NCBI GenBank assembly: GCA_021613535.1
Contig: CP075497.1
Location: forward strand, 9,176,001-9,240,000
DNA length: 64,000 nt
Source of the DNA: Adineta vaga
Taxonomy: Eukaryota > Animalia > Rotifera
Reading direction: 5' to 3'
Shown: positions 12,804 to 25,089 of the stretch, in pieces
How positions within the stretch are numbered: position 1 is the stretch's first letter
Layout of the letters: each line of letters opens with the position of its first letter
Notes under the pieces: model-generated
Databases searched by the model: none
Told to the model about the DNA's origin: nothing
Seen by the model: the letters and a program-made list of their open reading frames with translations, nothing else
Program-made: the position numbers and the translations under genes

Positions 12804-15685
12804 TTTGGTTGGTGAAATGTTCGGTCGTGCGTTAAACAATTCAAGAAAGAACTTATCATTAAACAATTGAAAACATTTCGTATACAAATAGCTGCTCTTA
12901 GTGAAACATGTGTATACGACTCTGGTGTTAAACTAGTTAATGATTATACAATGATTTACTCAGGTTTATCATCTGATAACAAGACCAGACGTGCACATGG
13001 AGTGGAAATCTGCCTTGATCAGACAGCGACAAAGGTTTGAAAGGACTGAGAATCAGAATGGAAAACAATATCTGAAAGAATTTTAAAAATTAGACTCAAA
13101 TGTTCTCAAATTAATATAACTGTTATAGCTGTGTATTCACCGATAAATCCAGCAAATACACAAATGGCTGATGATAGTGAAAAATTCTATGTAGATTTAC
13201 AAGATACCGTAAATAGAATTTCTATTGAAGACATGTTAATCATTGTGGGAGATTTCAATGCCAGAGTAGGAGAAAACAACAACATCAAAATTTACACAAT
13301 TGCATTGGAACATTTACGGTTGATAAGGAAAATCAAAATGGAACAAGATTGATTGATTACTGAGCGATTAACGATTTTATTACTTCAAACACATTTTTCA
13401 AGCATAAATTTATACATCAGACTTCCTGGATGTATCCTGGAACGAAAGTTTGGCATATGCTCGACTATACACTGGTCAACAGAAAATTTAGATCGAGTAT
13501 TGAAGATATAAGAATGCTTAGAAGTGCAGCTGGTGTCCTAGGAACTGATCATCATTTAATGCGTGTTAAAATTAAATTACATTTAAGAAGTCGAAAGAAA
13601 CAGAAGAAAACTAAATATAACATTAGTAAATTTAAAGATGCTAGAGCATCAGAATGATTTCAACGTGATCTTCATGAAACCTTATCTGAAGCATCTGATG
13701 AAACAATTAGTATTGATGAAAAATACTCATTATTCGTGGAACATCTGAAAGTACATGCAGCAAAACATTTCAAATTAAACAACAATACTAATCGAAAGAG
13801 GAAAGAATGGCTTACAGACGAAATATTACAAATCGTTGATCAGAAATCATCAGCTTTCTTAAATTAGCAAAACCATCGCGAAACCAACTTAGAAGTAAAA
13901 ACCAAAAATAGGTACAGACGTCTTAGAAAACTAGCTGAGAAGAAAATTGATGCACGTCAAATTGAATATTGAGATGAAATTTGCGAGGAGATAGAAAATT
14001 CTATTAAACTGAATGATTCAGCAATTGCTTTTTCTATCATAAGACCTTCGCGTGGTGGAAGTAAACGAGTAGAAAATATGCCAATCAAAGATAGGAACGG
14101 AAAACTACTGTTAAATTCAACTGATCGGCTAGAACGATGGCGCGAATACTTTGATGGATTATTTAACGTACTATCAACAGTTGATCAAAAACTTATTGAT
14201 GAAATTCAAATTGGTACATTATCTGAAGAAGAAGCAAAGAGGCAAAATGCTAAACCATCAATAGAAGAAGTAAGAAGAGCATTATCTCAAATGAAATCAA
14301 GAAAAGCACCAGGAAATGATGAAGTAACAGCTGATCTTTTGAAAGCTGGGAGAGAGCCAGTTATTCGTTGGCTCTATGGAATATTTGATGACATATAGAA
14401 AAATGAAGTGATGGTGCAAGATTGGAATTTAGCTATCCTTATCAGATTATACAAGAAAGGAGAAAAATAAATATGTGATAATTATAGAGGAATTTCATTG
14501 TTGAATGTAACTAGTAAAATATTTACTCGTATTCGGAACATGATGGATCATCAACTATTAGAAGCACAATCTGGTTTTCGGACACAAAGATCATCTATTG
14601 ACCAAATATACATATTAAACATTATAATGGAAAAACGCAGGGAATTTAACAAATCATCATTCATGTATTTCATTGACATTACAAAGACTGATGACTCCGT
14701 CAATCGTGATCTTTTGTGGAGAGTATGCCGTAAGTATGGTATTTCAGAAAAACTTGATAATCTATTTAAAATGTTATATAATAACTCAAAGGCAAAAGTA
14801 AGAATTGAAGGTGAATTATCAGATAGTTTCTTGATTGAAACTGGAGTTCAACAAGGTGGAATACCATCACCAATCCTGTTTAACATTTTATTTGATTTTA
14901 TCATTAGAAAAGTTAGAGAAGAGGTTGGTGTTACAGGTGTCAAATTCTCATATGGTAGCAATGATTTCTTTCATGCTAAACGGGAAAGCTATGAAAACTT
15001 TAATATTTTGACATTACTTTATGCTGATGGTCTTGTGGCTATGTGTGAAACAGCATCTGATCTAATAACATTCATTCGTGCGTTTGAAAAAGTGACTTAA
15101 GAATATGGATTGACAATGAGTGTTAAAAAAACATCTATTATGACCTTACAGAAGTTTGCGGAAGATCAAAATCGAAAGATTATAAAACAGAACGAAGTGG
15201 TCTTTACTGATATTGACATCAAAATTCGAAATCAAAAAGTAGAAACTGTTGATTCTTTTACGTACTTAGGCTGCAACATCACCAGAGATCAGAAATCAGA
15301 TAGCGAAATTAATGCAAGATTAACCTAAGCTGCCACTGCATTTAATATGTTGAGACATGTGATATGGAACCGAAAAACCGTCTCAATTAAATCAAGACTA
15401 CGAGTTTTTAGTGCTTGTGTTCTCCCGGTTTTACTCTATGGAAGCGAAACGTGGTCAATTATCGGTCAACATGAACGTAGAATTGCTACGTTTTATATGA
15501 AATGTTTACGTAGAAACAGATTGAGGTGGATCGGACATGCAAACCAGATGGTGAACAGTAATGATGAACCATCAATGGTGAAAAAGATTACATTTTCATA
15601 TTTCCCGGAAGAGAAAAGATCTCGAAACATCGGTATAAGAAAAAGACGGGAAGATAAAATTCAAACATCGCCAATTCTCTACTAA
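12804..15685 (+). pseudogene. Disrupted APE-endonuclease + reverse transcriptase ORF of an RTE-like LINE
   Basis: APE motifs: (W)NVR, ALSET, VYSP, GDFNARVG, LDY, TDH. RT motifs: KAPGND, NYRGISLL, QSGFR, GVQQG..SPILFN, LYADG (degenerate YADD), FTYLG, LLYGSETW, RLRWIGH. Many in-frame stops and frameshifts. Confidence 0.93.
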
Positions 15686-15711
15686 AAATATGGAAGACTA
15701 GGCAGGAATTG

Positions 15712-15775
15712 GCGGTTATTAACACCGCAAATGAGGCATCTTTATCGCCTAAAAACAGGAAATGGTGCACCCCTA
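15712..15775 (-). repeat. Right terminal inverted repeat (64 bp)
   Basis: gcggttattaacaccgcaaatgaggcatctttatcgcctaaaaacaggaaatggtgcaccccta pairs with 12562-12625. Confidence 0.95.
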
Positions 15776-17500
15776 TACGTCATATCGATCGAAAAGTTCT
15801 CTTCTTTGGAAACTACAAGGACAATGTCTCCTTTTCTTATTTAACTAACATCTAATGAAAATAAATTTTCTTGACAGATGTCATGTTTATAGATAATCCA
15901 ATCTTTCGGCTTGTTACTTCAATTCATTATGTGCGACATGATGTTCAGAGAAAACTGACTAGGGAATATGATGATTAAAAAAAGAGAGTACATTTCATAA
16001 AGCTTTGTTTTTTATCATAAAAACTGTTGTTGATAAGATAATTAAAGGTTTTTTCTTACTGTACACTGTCTACATGAGAAAATAATTTTCTTCTTTTATC
16101 TCTATAGTAAAATATAAAACAAAAACTATTAACTATACTTAATATTCGTGTGATACCATTAAAACAAATACTTCGTTTTTCCACATTTACTTTCATTATT
16201 TCTGATCTAAGTTAATATATTACTATTCTTCCTATTTGTATACATGTAGATATTTAACCTCCCAAGAAATGATTATTACAGACGAAAAGATTAGAAAATA
16301 TCCGATTTATCATGGTCGATTAAGCATATTATAACAATTCTCTCTTATATATGAATAACAATACTTTAATAATAAATAATCGATATGGTTCATTTCACTT
16401 CTGCTTATGTATTGATAGAGATTTAACTGTAGGGCTATATGAAGGTTTTTTCTTTTCTTCTCCATTCTTATACATTATAATCGTAAAAAATACTACAAGG
16501 GAAAAGTGAATGCCATCAATATGCATATTTTAAGTAATAAAAGAATTAGTCTTTTTAACGACATAGTAAACGTCATAAATATGAGTTTTTTTTAAAGGTT
16601 TTGACGTGCATTTATTTTCAGTCTGATCGGTTAAGTATTCGTAGGAATGTTTGTTCGTTAGAGAATACTCACTAAATTATTCTAAGTTCTAATGTAAAAA
16701 GGAATAAATTCAAGTTTTACAATAAATACCGTATGACATACAATGATGTGAAAAGAACAGAATCCGATGTATTTCTCCATCAGTATACAAAAAAATCCGA
16801 GAATATTCTACACAGCTGGAAAGATTATCTTGATCAGCTTACTTTTGTCTATGATTTAATATGATCAAACAAATATTCCGTATGAATATACATCAATTTC
16901 TGACGAAAAAATCCTCTCCTTTTCATCATATTTATTAATTTTAGACAGAATGACAACTCTGGAAGTTAATACATCTGTCTGTCAGATTGAGATGTTTGCT
17001 TCGATTCACTTCAAATAATTCAATTTTTATTTCATGTAACTAATCAATGAATGGTTAGTTATAGAATGACACTATTTATTACTCTTTCTCTTGATTCAAA
17101 AAGAAAAATATCATTTCCATCTATCTATGTTCTACGTACCAATCGAAGAGTGAAGGAAAGTTAATTAGTTATACAATAAATATAACCATCTCGTAAATAA
17201 GCATTCATCTTACGTGAATGAATATCAACTGAAAATTATACTTCGATTACATTTACAGAACGAAATGTACTCGATTCTTTGATTACTTTTATTCATTCAC
17301 TGTTTGAATAGTAAGCATTATTAGCATAGATGAAGAAGAAGTAAGTTATTTTTCAATTACATTTCAATTCAAACGATCGTTGATATTTATTCTCGAATCA
17401 TATTCAGATATTCGATAATTAATTGTCAACAATTTCATCAATGATCAAAAAAGCAAAAGATCTTATGTCAAACATAAAAATAGAAGTGTTCGTTGATATT

Positions 17501-19520
17501 CTATTTATCAACGTCATCGTCATCATTCGTATTTGTATGACATAAACCAAAATATTCAATTTGAATAAATGTTCTCGTTTGACAACGTTCATAATGTAAT
17601 TGACAACGATTAATATATTGTCTTTTATTATCACCACAAAATAATTCAAATGGACAAGACTTCATTGTTTCATCGAGATGACAATTAATACAAACAGGAT
17701 AATGATATTTATCTTGTGTTTGAACACATGTTTCATTTACTTGACATAAATTCTTTTGACATCGACGATTCAATCGGCAAGGTCCATGATATGCCAATTG
17801 TCTTGGTTGATTTAACATTAAAGAATTTGACAAATGACAATGATTGACAAATGTTTTACCATATGTATCACAAACAGGTGAAAAACCGGTACAATTTCGT
17901 TGACGTGATATACAATGTGGTTTAGGAGTCATAATACAAATTTCATTATCAGAAAAGCAACGTGATACCAATGAACAATTGTTTACACATGGACCAAAAT
18001 AATCGATTTCAACGTTTTCAATATCGAGTTGTTTCGTACATAATTCAAATAGAATTTCACATATATTTGCGTATGTAAAACCCGTTTTTAAACATATTGG
18101 ACCAAGATAATCAGATTGAAGAATATGACATTGAATGTTCGAACAATTCGGTGCATATTGTTGAGAAATATTAAATAATTGTTCGATTAAAGATGGAAGA
18201 TTGAAACGAATTTTTGGATGATATGAACTATTTTGAATTGGATTACAATAAGATCGATTGAATAAATCAATAGGACTTCGTGTAACAACATGACGAGATT
18301 GCCAATGAGTCATCGTGGATGTTTGAATTGTTGTTCGATTCGTAACTGGTGGTGGAGATACAGCATTTGAAGCATTAGTTATTAACATTGATAAAGTTGT
18401 AGATGAAAACTACATGCGGAAAAAAAATCAAGTAGGAAAGATGCGAAGAATATATGTTACTTACTGTACTATTAATTTCTCGTTTTAATCGTGTTTGAAT
18501 AGTCGTTGTATATTTTGATTTCATAAATTGTTGATGTGATCGTTTTGTTGAAGGATATTGTATAAATTGATTCGTTTTATTATCAAATCTATTTGTCCAT
18601 GATTGAAAAAGACTTTGTCGTCCATAAAATGCTTTACAGTAATGTTCAGTTATTCCATCTTCCATTTGACATAATTGATTCGTACGTATTCGATTGATCA
18701 TTAATGGTAATGAACATGAACCACAGAGTGGAGCATCTTGCCATTGAAGAAATTTTCCTTCACGATTCCAGTCCATACAACCAGAATTTGGACTAATATG
18801 AAAAAGAACATATTTATCATCGCGTGTCGCATATTTTAACCATTCATATTCACATCGATGACAATCATCATTAACTTTTAATAGAAAATCTTGTAAATAA
18901 GAAAATGAACGCATATAAGAATAATTCAATGGTTGATAAAAGGATGAAAAATTCAAACGTAATATATGTAAATTAGGAAGTTTGTCTAAGAGAATATTTT
19001 CATTTCCTAAATCCGTATGATCAAGAATAAGAACATGAAGACGTTTCATAATTGAACATGATGAATTATTGAAAAATTTGTCCAAACGTGGAGAAAAATG
19101 TGTTAGATGAAGATATAATAAATGATCGGATAGAATATTCAATGGACATGATATTTTCGTTAAAATTGTCGTTCGATGAAAGATTAAAAATTCAAATTTA
19201 CGAAAGATTTTCGCATAAGATTTAAGATTGAAATTTTTTATAGTTGAATCTGTTATTTCAAGTGCTGAAATATCATTTGAATATTTAAGTAAATATGGAT
19301 AAATTGTTGAAAGATTTTCTACATAACGACATGTAATCATTCGATAAAATTTCAATGTAAACTGTTTTCCACCTAGACGAATACTACATTCTGTTGAAGA
19401 TCCAAACATTGTTCGATTAACTAATCGTGTTGAGCGAGTTTCTGTATGATAAAAGATCGAATTTGAATCAATAAATGGCAAGAAGAAATTGATCAATAGA
19501 AATAATAAACAAACATTCAT
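17501..19520 (-). CDS. Secreted LRR + follistatin/Kazal (x3) protein, 2 exons
   Basis: The two track ORFs join through a phase-0 GTAAGT..TAG intron (~18463-18410), giving ..REINST|FSSTTLSMLIT... Domain order: signal peptide, LxxLxL repeats, LRRCT-like DDCHRCEYEWL, RLKR, three Kazal/FS modules, acidic tail. Confidence 0.75.
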
Positions 19521-19721
19521 GATGAAAATATTTATGAATGAATAGATGAATCAAAACAAACGATAAATCAATCGACATTTGTTTCTTCGCTTGCTGTTCT
19601 TCTCAACAGTTGTCTATAGTACAAAATATTTCAACAGATCATATTACTCAAGTCTTGAAAGGAAAAGAAATTACGAAACATCCTCACACGTTCGAGAAAA
19701 GAAAAAGAGGCAGACAATTAA

Positions 19722-20390
19722 TTAAATTTTCGATTTCGTCAATAAACAAAGTACAAGTAAGAGATAAAACAAAGGAGAATTTCGACTAGCAAAAGAAAAT
19801 GGACGTTTTGTAGAACTGATCAATGTAAAATTTGATCGTTTAGCAAGAATTAATTTCGATGATTTTCTTCGTTGATCATACGCATGTCGAGAATATTTTT
19901 GTACATGTAAAGTTAGCTTCATATTTTGTGTATAACACAATCCATCGAAACGTTGATCTAAACCATCGAATTGGCCAGATGATGTTGAAATAAAATAATA
20001 ATAATGTCCATCTTGAAATTCAGGTAGATGCGGATAAGGTAAATAATTCGATACGGATAATGTATAGATCAATCGTTGTGTATCAAATGGTTTATTACAT
20101 TTAATTAATGGAATATAATTTGTTGTATTACAATGATAATAATCATTTTCATTAACAAGATAAAGTGTATTATATTCAATATGAGAATTCAATTGTTCAT
20201 CATCATAGAAAGGACAAATAAAATCAAGTAAATCTCCGAGATAGACGGTTAGATATTCTGATGAATGAAAAAGTCTATTGGAAGAATTCCAATAGATTTG
20301 TAAGTGTTGTCGATGATGACGATGATTTGAAAAACAGATAATTGACATTGAATAAAGAATCAATGTAATAAATATAGATATTAATGACAT
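19722..20390 (-). CDS. Ephrin (GPI-anchored, ephrin-A-type), single coding exon
   Basis: IYWNSSN, GDLLDFICP, YTL/YLV..Y..C, PEFQDGHYYYFISTS and GLC..QNMKL match the ephrin receptor-binding domain. Signal peptide and hydrophobic C-terminal GPI signal are present. Confidence 0.9.
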   Translation of the reverse strand: MSLISIFITLILYSMSIICFSNHRHHRQHLQIYWNSSNRLFHSSEYLTVYLGDLLDFICPFYDDEQLNSHIEYNTLYLVNENDYYHCNTTNYIPLIKCNKPFDTQRLIYTLSVSNYLPYPHLPEFQDGHYYYFISTSSGQFDGLDQRFDGLCYTQNMKLTLHVQKYSRHAYDQRRKSSKLILAKRSNFTLISSTKRPFSFASRNSPLFYLLLVLCLLTKSKI

Positions 20391-22214
20391 GTGAAATAAT
20401 GAGACATCGATTAATGTCAATATCTGAAGAAGTAAAAGAAAAAAAAATGATGTTGATTGAGATGTAAGTCATATTTACATATGCACGAGTTAGGAATTAT
20501 ATAATCATGACAAAAAAAAACTCGAAAGAGAAATTCTAACGTTTATCATAGAATAAACATTATAGTACATGTTTGATAGACTTGCATTCTTCTTGCATGC
20601 TTAGTTGATCGAAGTATGTATATGTATATATGTGATCATTCGTTAACTCAAGGACATGTCTTATTCAGTGATTTCATCATAGAATAGATAGATTACCGTG
20701 AATGAATAAGTGCTTTTGTATTTTTATTAATCTGAAATAAGAAGATGAAATTAATGTTAAATCTAATTCGAATATGATATTGAAGTGAACAATATATATA
20801 TATATATACATATGAAGGTTATAACGACTGAACGAATTTTCAAGTCTTCATTCGATGAAAGATTCATTTTCTTTTTATTCTGGCATCTACCTGTGATATT
20901 ACATTCATATGCTTTGTCAATGACACGTAAAGCATGTTTAACTTTAATTTCATTAAAAAACTTTCTGTTTTCTTTCTCTCTCTGTTCGACAATCTTTCAT
21001 TTTAATTCAGATTTTAAATAATAAAGCATTTAAAATAAATGTCATACATTACCTTTCATCTCAAGTTCCACTAATATTCGATGAAGAAAAAGAAGAGGAA
21101 AAAAATAAGGTGTCACCCTAGATTTCTTCTCCAGTTCAATTATCATCAAGAGACAAGTGAGAGGCAAAGAAACAAAAAATTGAAAGATTCTCTACTTAAA
21201 TAGTAAAGTGAAGAAACAAAAAGCAACTTTTATGTGTTCATTCATTCACCATGATGTTTGGTCGTTTTATATTCCATCTTTCATCAGTATTCACATTATT
21301 GAATGGATTCACGCATCATCTCTTTATTTATGTAATCTTTCTATTATTATGTCAGTTCATTTATTTTAGATTTTATAAGTAAATTTTGTCATATATTGTT
21401 TCAAATAGAAGAAAATGTACTTGAAAAGGAAGAGAAATACATTATCGTTCTTATGGGTGGGGCAAAAGTTTTGCATTGATTTTGTTTTTGATGCCGTATT
21501 GTCATTGAATGTCATAGAGATTTAATTCATTTTTTGTTAGAAAAAGTGAAGTGTTCAGTACAAAAGTATATAGAAGATTTATACTAGAAATGTTTTCATA
21601 GAGTAAGAGAAATTTTAGACTACAAGACATCAAAAACCTCTTCCGCAATGTTTCTGAGAGTAGAAGAACTTTTATAGAATGAGACAGGTTATCTTTTTTA
21701 TTCTTTGGATTCGAGTTTTATAAATAAAAGAGAGAGTACTACTAATACGCAAAGCAAGAACTTTCCCCGCATGATTTAGAAGACTTGAGATCCTTATATT
21801 ATTGTTAAGCCAGAATCACGAATATTTATATCATTCGAAAGCTTTTTTTCCAAAGAACATATTTTTTAACTATAATACTCAAAAGCATCAAACATAAATA
21901 ATAAAAAGCTTAAGAAATGTTTTTTTGAATACAAAAATTTGCACTAAAGTTGTAGAAGAGGTTTCTTTCACTCTATGAAAACACTTCTAGTATAAATCTT
22001 CTATATATTTTTGTACTGGACACTTCGCTCTTTCTAACAAAGAACGAATTAAATCTCTATGACACCCTATGACAGCACGGCATCGAAAATAAAATTAATA
22101 AAAAACTTTTGCCCCATCCGTTACATTAAAAAGACAGTTCATGTTTTCTTTTTAACTAGCACAAGATTCATAGCATCATTTTTTTATAGATCTTATTTTT
22201 GTGCAAACATATTA

Positions 22215-23135
22215 ATGAATACATTCGGTAATCAAGCGGGTAAATTAACAGATCGATTGAATCGACGACGGCAAATACGTTATAAAAATAGCTTAGATAA
22301 AAATTCTATTGATAGATTGGATAGGATATCACTCAAAGATAGTCCAACAACAACACGGTCACTTGATCGAATATCATTAGATTTATCAGCTTCATCAGCG
22401 AGTTTTAAAAGTCCCGAATTAAAATCTACCGACAACTTCGATACAAAACAAAATAATGCATTTACTGATTCTAAATATTTGTTAGAACAATCCATAAAAA
22501 GTCAATCTTTAGAGCCAATCAATGAAAGAGAAATATTAGCTGAATCGTTATCGACGCCAAAACAACAAACACTTTCAACTGAAAAAATCGTTCCAACAAT
22601 GATTTCTCCTAAAACAATTGAACAAGATTCAGTTTCAGGCAATTTACCTCCGGTGATTCCTCCTCGAACAATAAAACAATATCATCCAATTGAATCCGAA
22701 ATCGATACACATTCCCATTCTTATCCCATTGAAGTACCTTCTTCGCCCAGATTGCCTCCCATCATCACTCCTCGAACTAGTCACAAACCAAATTCATTTG
22801 AAACAACCACTCATGAACCTTCGATTGTAAATCGTATCCATGATCTTTCTCAAACTTCTTTAGATTATCCATCGAGTGATCCACAAACTGCAACTTATGA
22901 TCAACAAAAACATTTCAATTTTCCTCTGAGTTATTATACACCGATGGCACGTTCAACATCCGAACAAATCGTATCCATGAGTGAAGATCGAAGCAGATCA
23001 ATTACCGCACGATTTACCAAACAAAATTTTCATCCACTTTCCTATATATTTAGTAAACGTATGATTGATACTGGATTTACAAGTGCATCATCCCTTTATT
23101 CCGAACAATCACAACACAAAACTGTTTGGGATTGA
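22215..23135 (+). CDS. Uncharacterised Ser/Pro/Thr-rich protein
   Basis: Long stop-free frame (22059-23135) in AT-rich DNA. A splice acceptor at ~22189 precedes the likely ATG at 22215. No recognisable domain. Confidence 0.6.
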   Translation: MNTFGNQAGKLTDRLNRRRQIRYKNSLDKNSIDRLDRISLKDSPTTTRSLDRISLDLSASSASFKSPELKSTDNFDTKQNNAFTDSKYLLEQSIKSQSLEPINEREILAESLSTPKQQTLSTEKIVPTMISPKTIEQDSVSGNLPPVIPPRTIKQYHPIESEIDTHSHSYPIEVPSSPRLPPIITPRTSHKPNSFETTTHEPSIVNRIHDLSQTSLDYPSSDPQTATYDQQKHFNFPLSYYTPMARSTSEQIVSMSEDRSRSITARFTKQNFHPLSYIFSKRMIDTGFTSASSLYSEQSQHKTVWD

Positions 23136-23299
23136 ACAAAACGAAGTTCTGCCTTTTTTTCACATTGAACACATTCATTCCTAACAATCCATAAAAAATG
23201 TATATATTATTAAATTTGAAAGCAAATAAAAAATATTTACTTCATTTTCTTTACTATTCTAAAAGATCAATAAATAAATATATAGATTGAACAATTTTC

Positions 23300-24973
23300 T
23301 CAAACAATATTTACTTTCAATTCAGATGAATGACTTCTAACAAATATTTGATTTTAAAGTCAAACATTTTTACCAACAGAAAACTTACTCCATATCTGCG
23401 GTCATTATACTTGCTTTATCACTCGAATTTTCACTAGTTTTTCGAACTAGATCAAGTGGATTAATGTGATGATTATAGACTTTTGGTTTATCATAAACAA
23501 TCATTCCATTCGAAGCAGTATCTACTCAATAAATTAGTTACGTATGAAAAGTTAATCTTCAATGTTCGATACCTTGAACAATCAGATGAACTGTATATTT
23601 AGCCATTCCTAATTGATTCGCTGATGTACAAATAACATTGTCATAATTTTTATAAGTTACATGTAACCAACAACATCGTTTTGAACACCAAACAAACGTT
23701 GTTTGTTTTGATTGAATACTCATCGACCATGAATATATTGGATAGGGTACACCATCCAAATGACAACAAATTAAATATTTAGAATTGAAATCAACATGAT
23801 ATGAATGTTCATAGATACCATCAGGAGATTTTGGAGGATCTAAAACGAACTTAATTATCTGCATATTTTTACAAAGAACATTGATAAATCGTACGAAGAA
23901 TTGTCAGTATAATTCTTTTATAGATTATCTCTTCTGTTTGACAAATATACATGCCAGAATCATTGATATCAACTGAAACTATTTTCATATCTTTCTCATA
24001 TATAGTTGGTACAGTTTTCATTAAATAATAATTATACGACAGATATGACCATTTCACAGGTAATGTTATATTTGACGGACAATGAAAATAGGCCGAATCT
24101 CCTATAAGACAAGACTTCAAAATTGAGAGATCAATGTTTGAAATACCTTCAAAAGCAATTTGATAAACATCTCGTTCATTACTATTCATTTCTAAATAAT
24201 TATTTTTCTTCAAATCTTTATCCAATAATAATGGACTATCCAAATCTACGATACTTCATTTTAATAACAAAATGACAAAAATTCAAGTAATGGAAATACT
24301 TTTTCTAAGTAATGTTTTTACTCGTATACCAACACATGTTGTATCAAGGTATAATTTACAATACAAATGTGTTGTACTTCGAATATGTTTTATAAGTAAT
24401 GCACTACGATTATAACGAACTGTTTGTTCAGTATCAATTAATTCAATAAATTCTTCATTAAATCCATAATTAAAATAAACAGGTCGACAAATAGTTAATA
24501 AATCCTCATGAAATACTGTTAATTCTGTCCAATTACGATCAATAGAACGTGCACCTATAATTTAAAAATAAACAAAATGTACATATGCATTGTTCGTTCT
24601 ATAAAATACCATTGGAGAAAATAAAAATACTACGTAATTTGGATGTAGTATTGTTCATATGACATTGATAGAAACCATCACGATTCTTATCAAATTCATT
24701 CAAACGAATTAATTTATCGTCAATAATTTCAATTTTACCATTAATTAGATACACTTTCCAATACACTACGTCATTCTTTGAATTACATTCTAATAAATAT
24801 GATTTGTCTAATGATATATACATGGAGGATGGAAATTCGGCTCCATTAAGTAATAAATCATCATCTATTGATATGAACGATGGTTATTAATCGATTCTTT
24901 GTAATCTTAACTCACTTTCTATAGCAAGAATTGTTAGAATTAATTGACATAGATAAGCAAAGATGATTGTCAT
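23300..24973 (-). CDS. Secreted multi-Ig-domain protein, ~7 exons
   Basis: Signal peptide MTIIFAYLCQLILTILAIE. Ig motifs C..W..DGFYQC, C..W..DSGMYIC and C..G.PYP.YSW..CTSANQLG. No TM segment seen. The 3' end is approximate. Confidence 0.7.
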
Positions 24974-25089
24974 TTTGAATAAAAAAAAATTTTTAAGCGC
25001 AAAATCGCTGATTATATTTATTTAAAAGAAAAAAAAGTGATATATCTGTGATAAAAGTCTTTATTCTTGATAGGTTCCTGAATATTAAA

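Larger units (their letters stand above)
12562..15775 (+). mobile_element. Composite element: decayed RTE-type non-LTR retrotransposon bounded by 64-bp terminal inverted repeats
   Basis: TIRs at 12562-12625 and 15712-15775 (60/64 identical) start TAGGG. The flanks are tacg-cat and tacgtcat. The interior carries APE endonuclease and RT fragments. Confidence 0.85.

Noticed and set aside
18375-18388. Apparent overlap/frameshift between the LRR and Kazal ORFs
   Set aside because: Explained by an ordinary phase-0 GT-AG intron, unlike the PSMG3/COX16 overlap.
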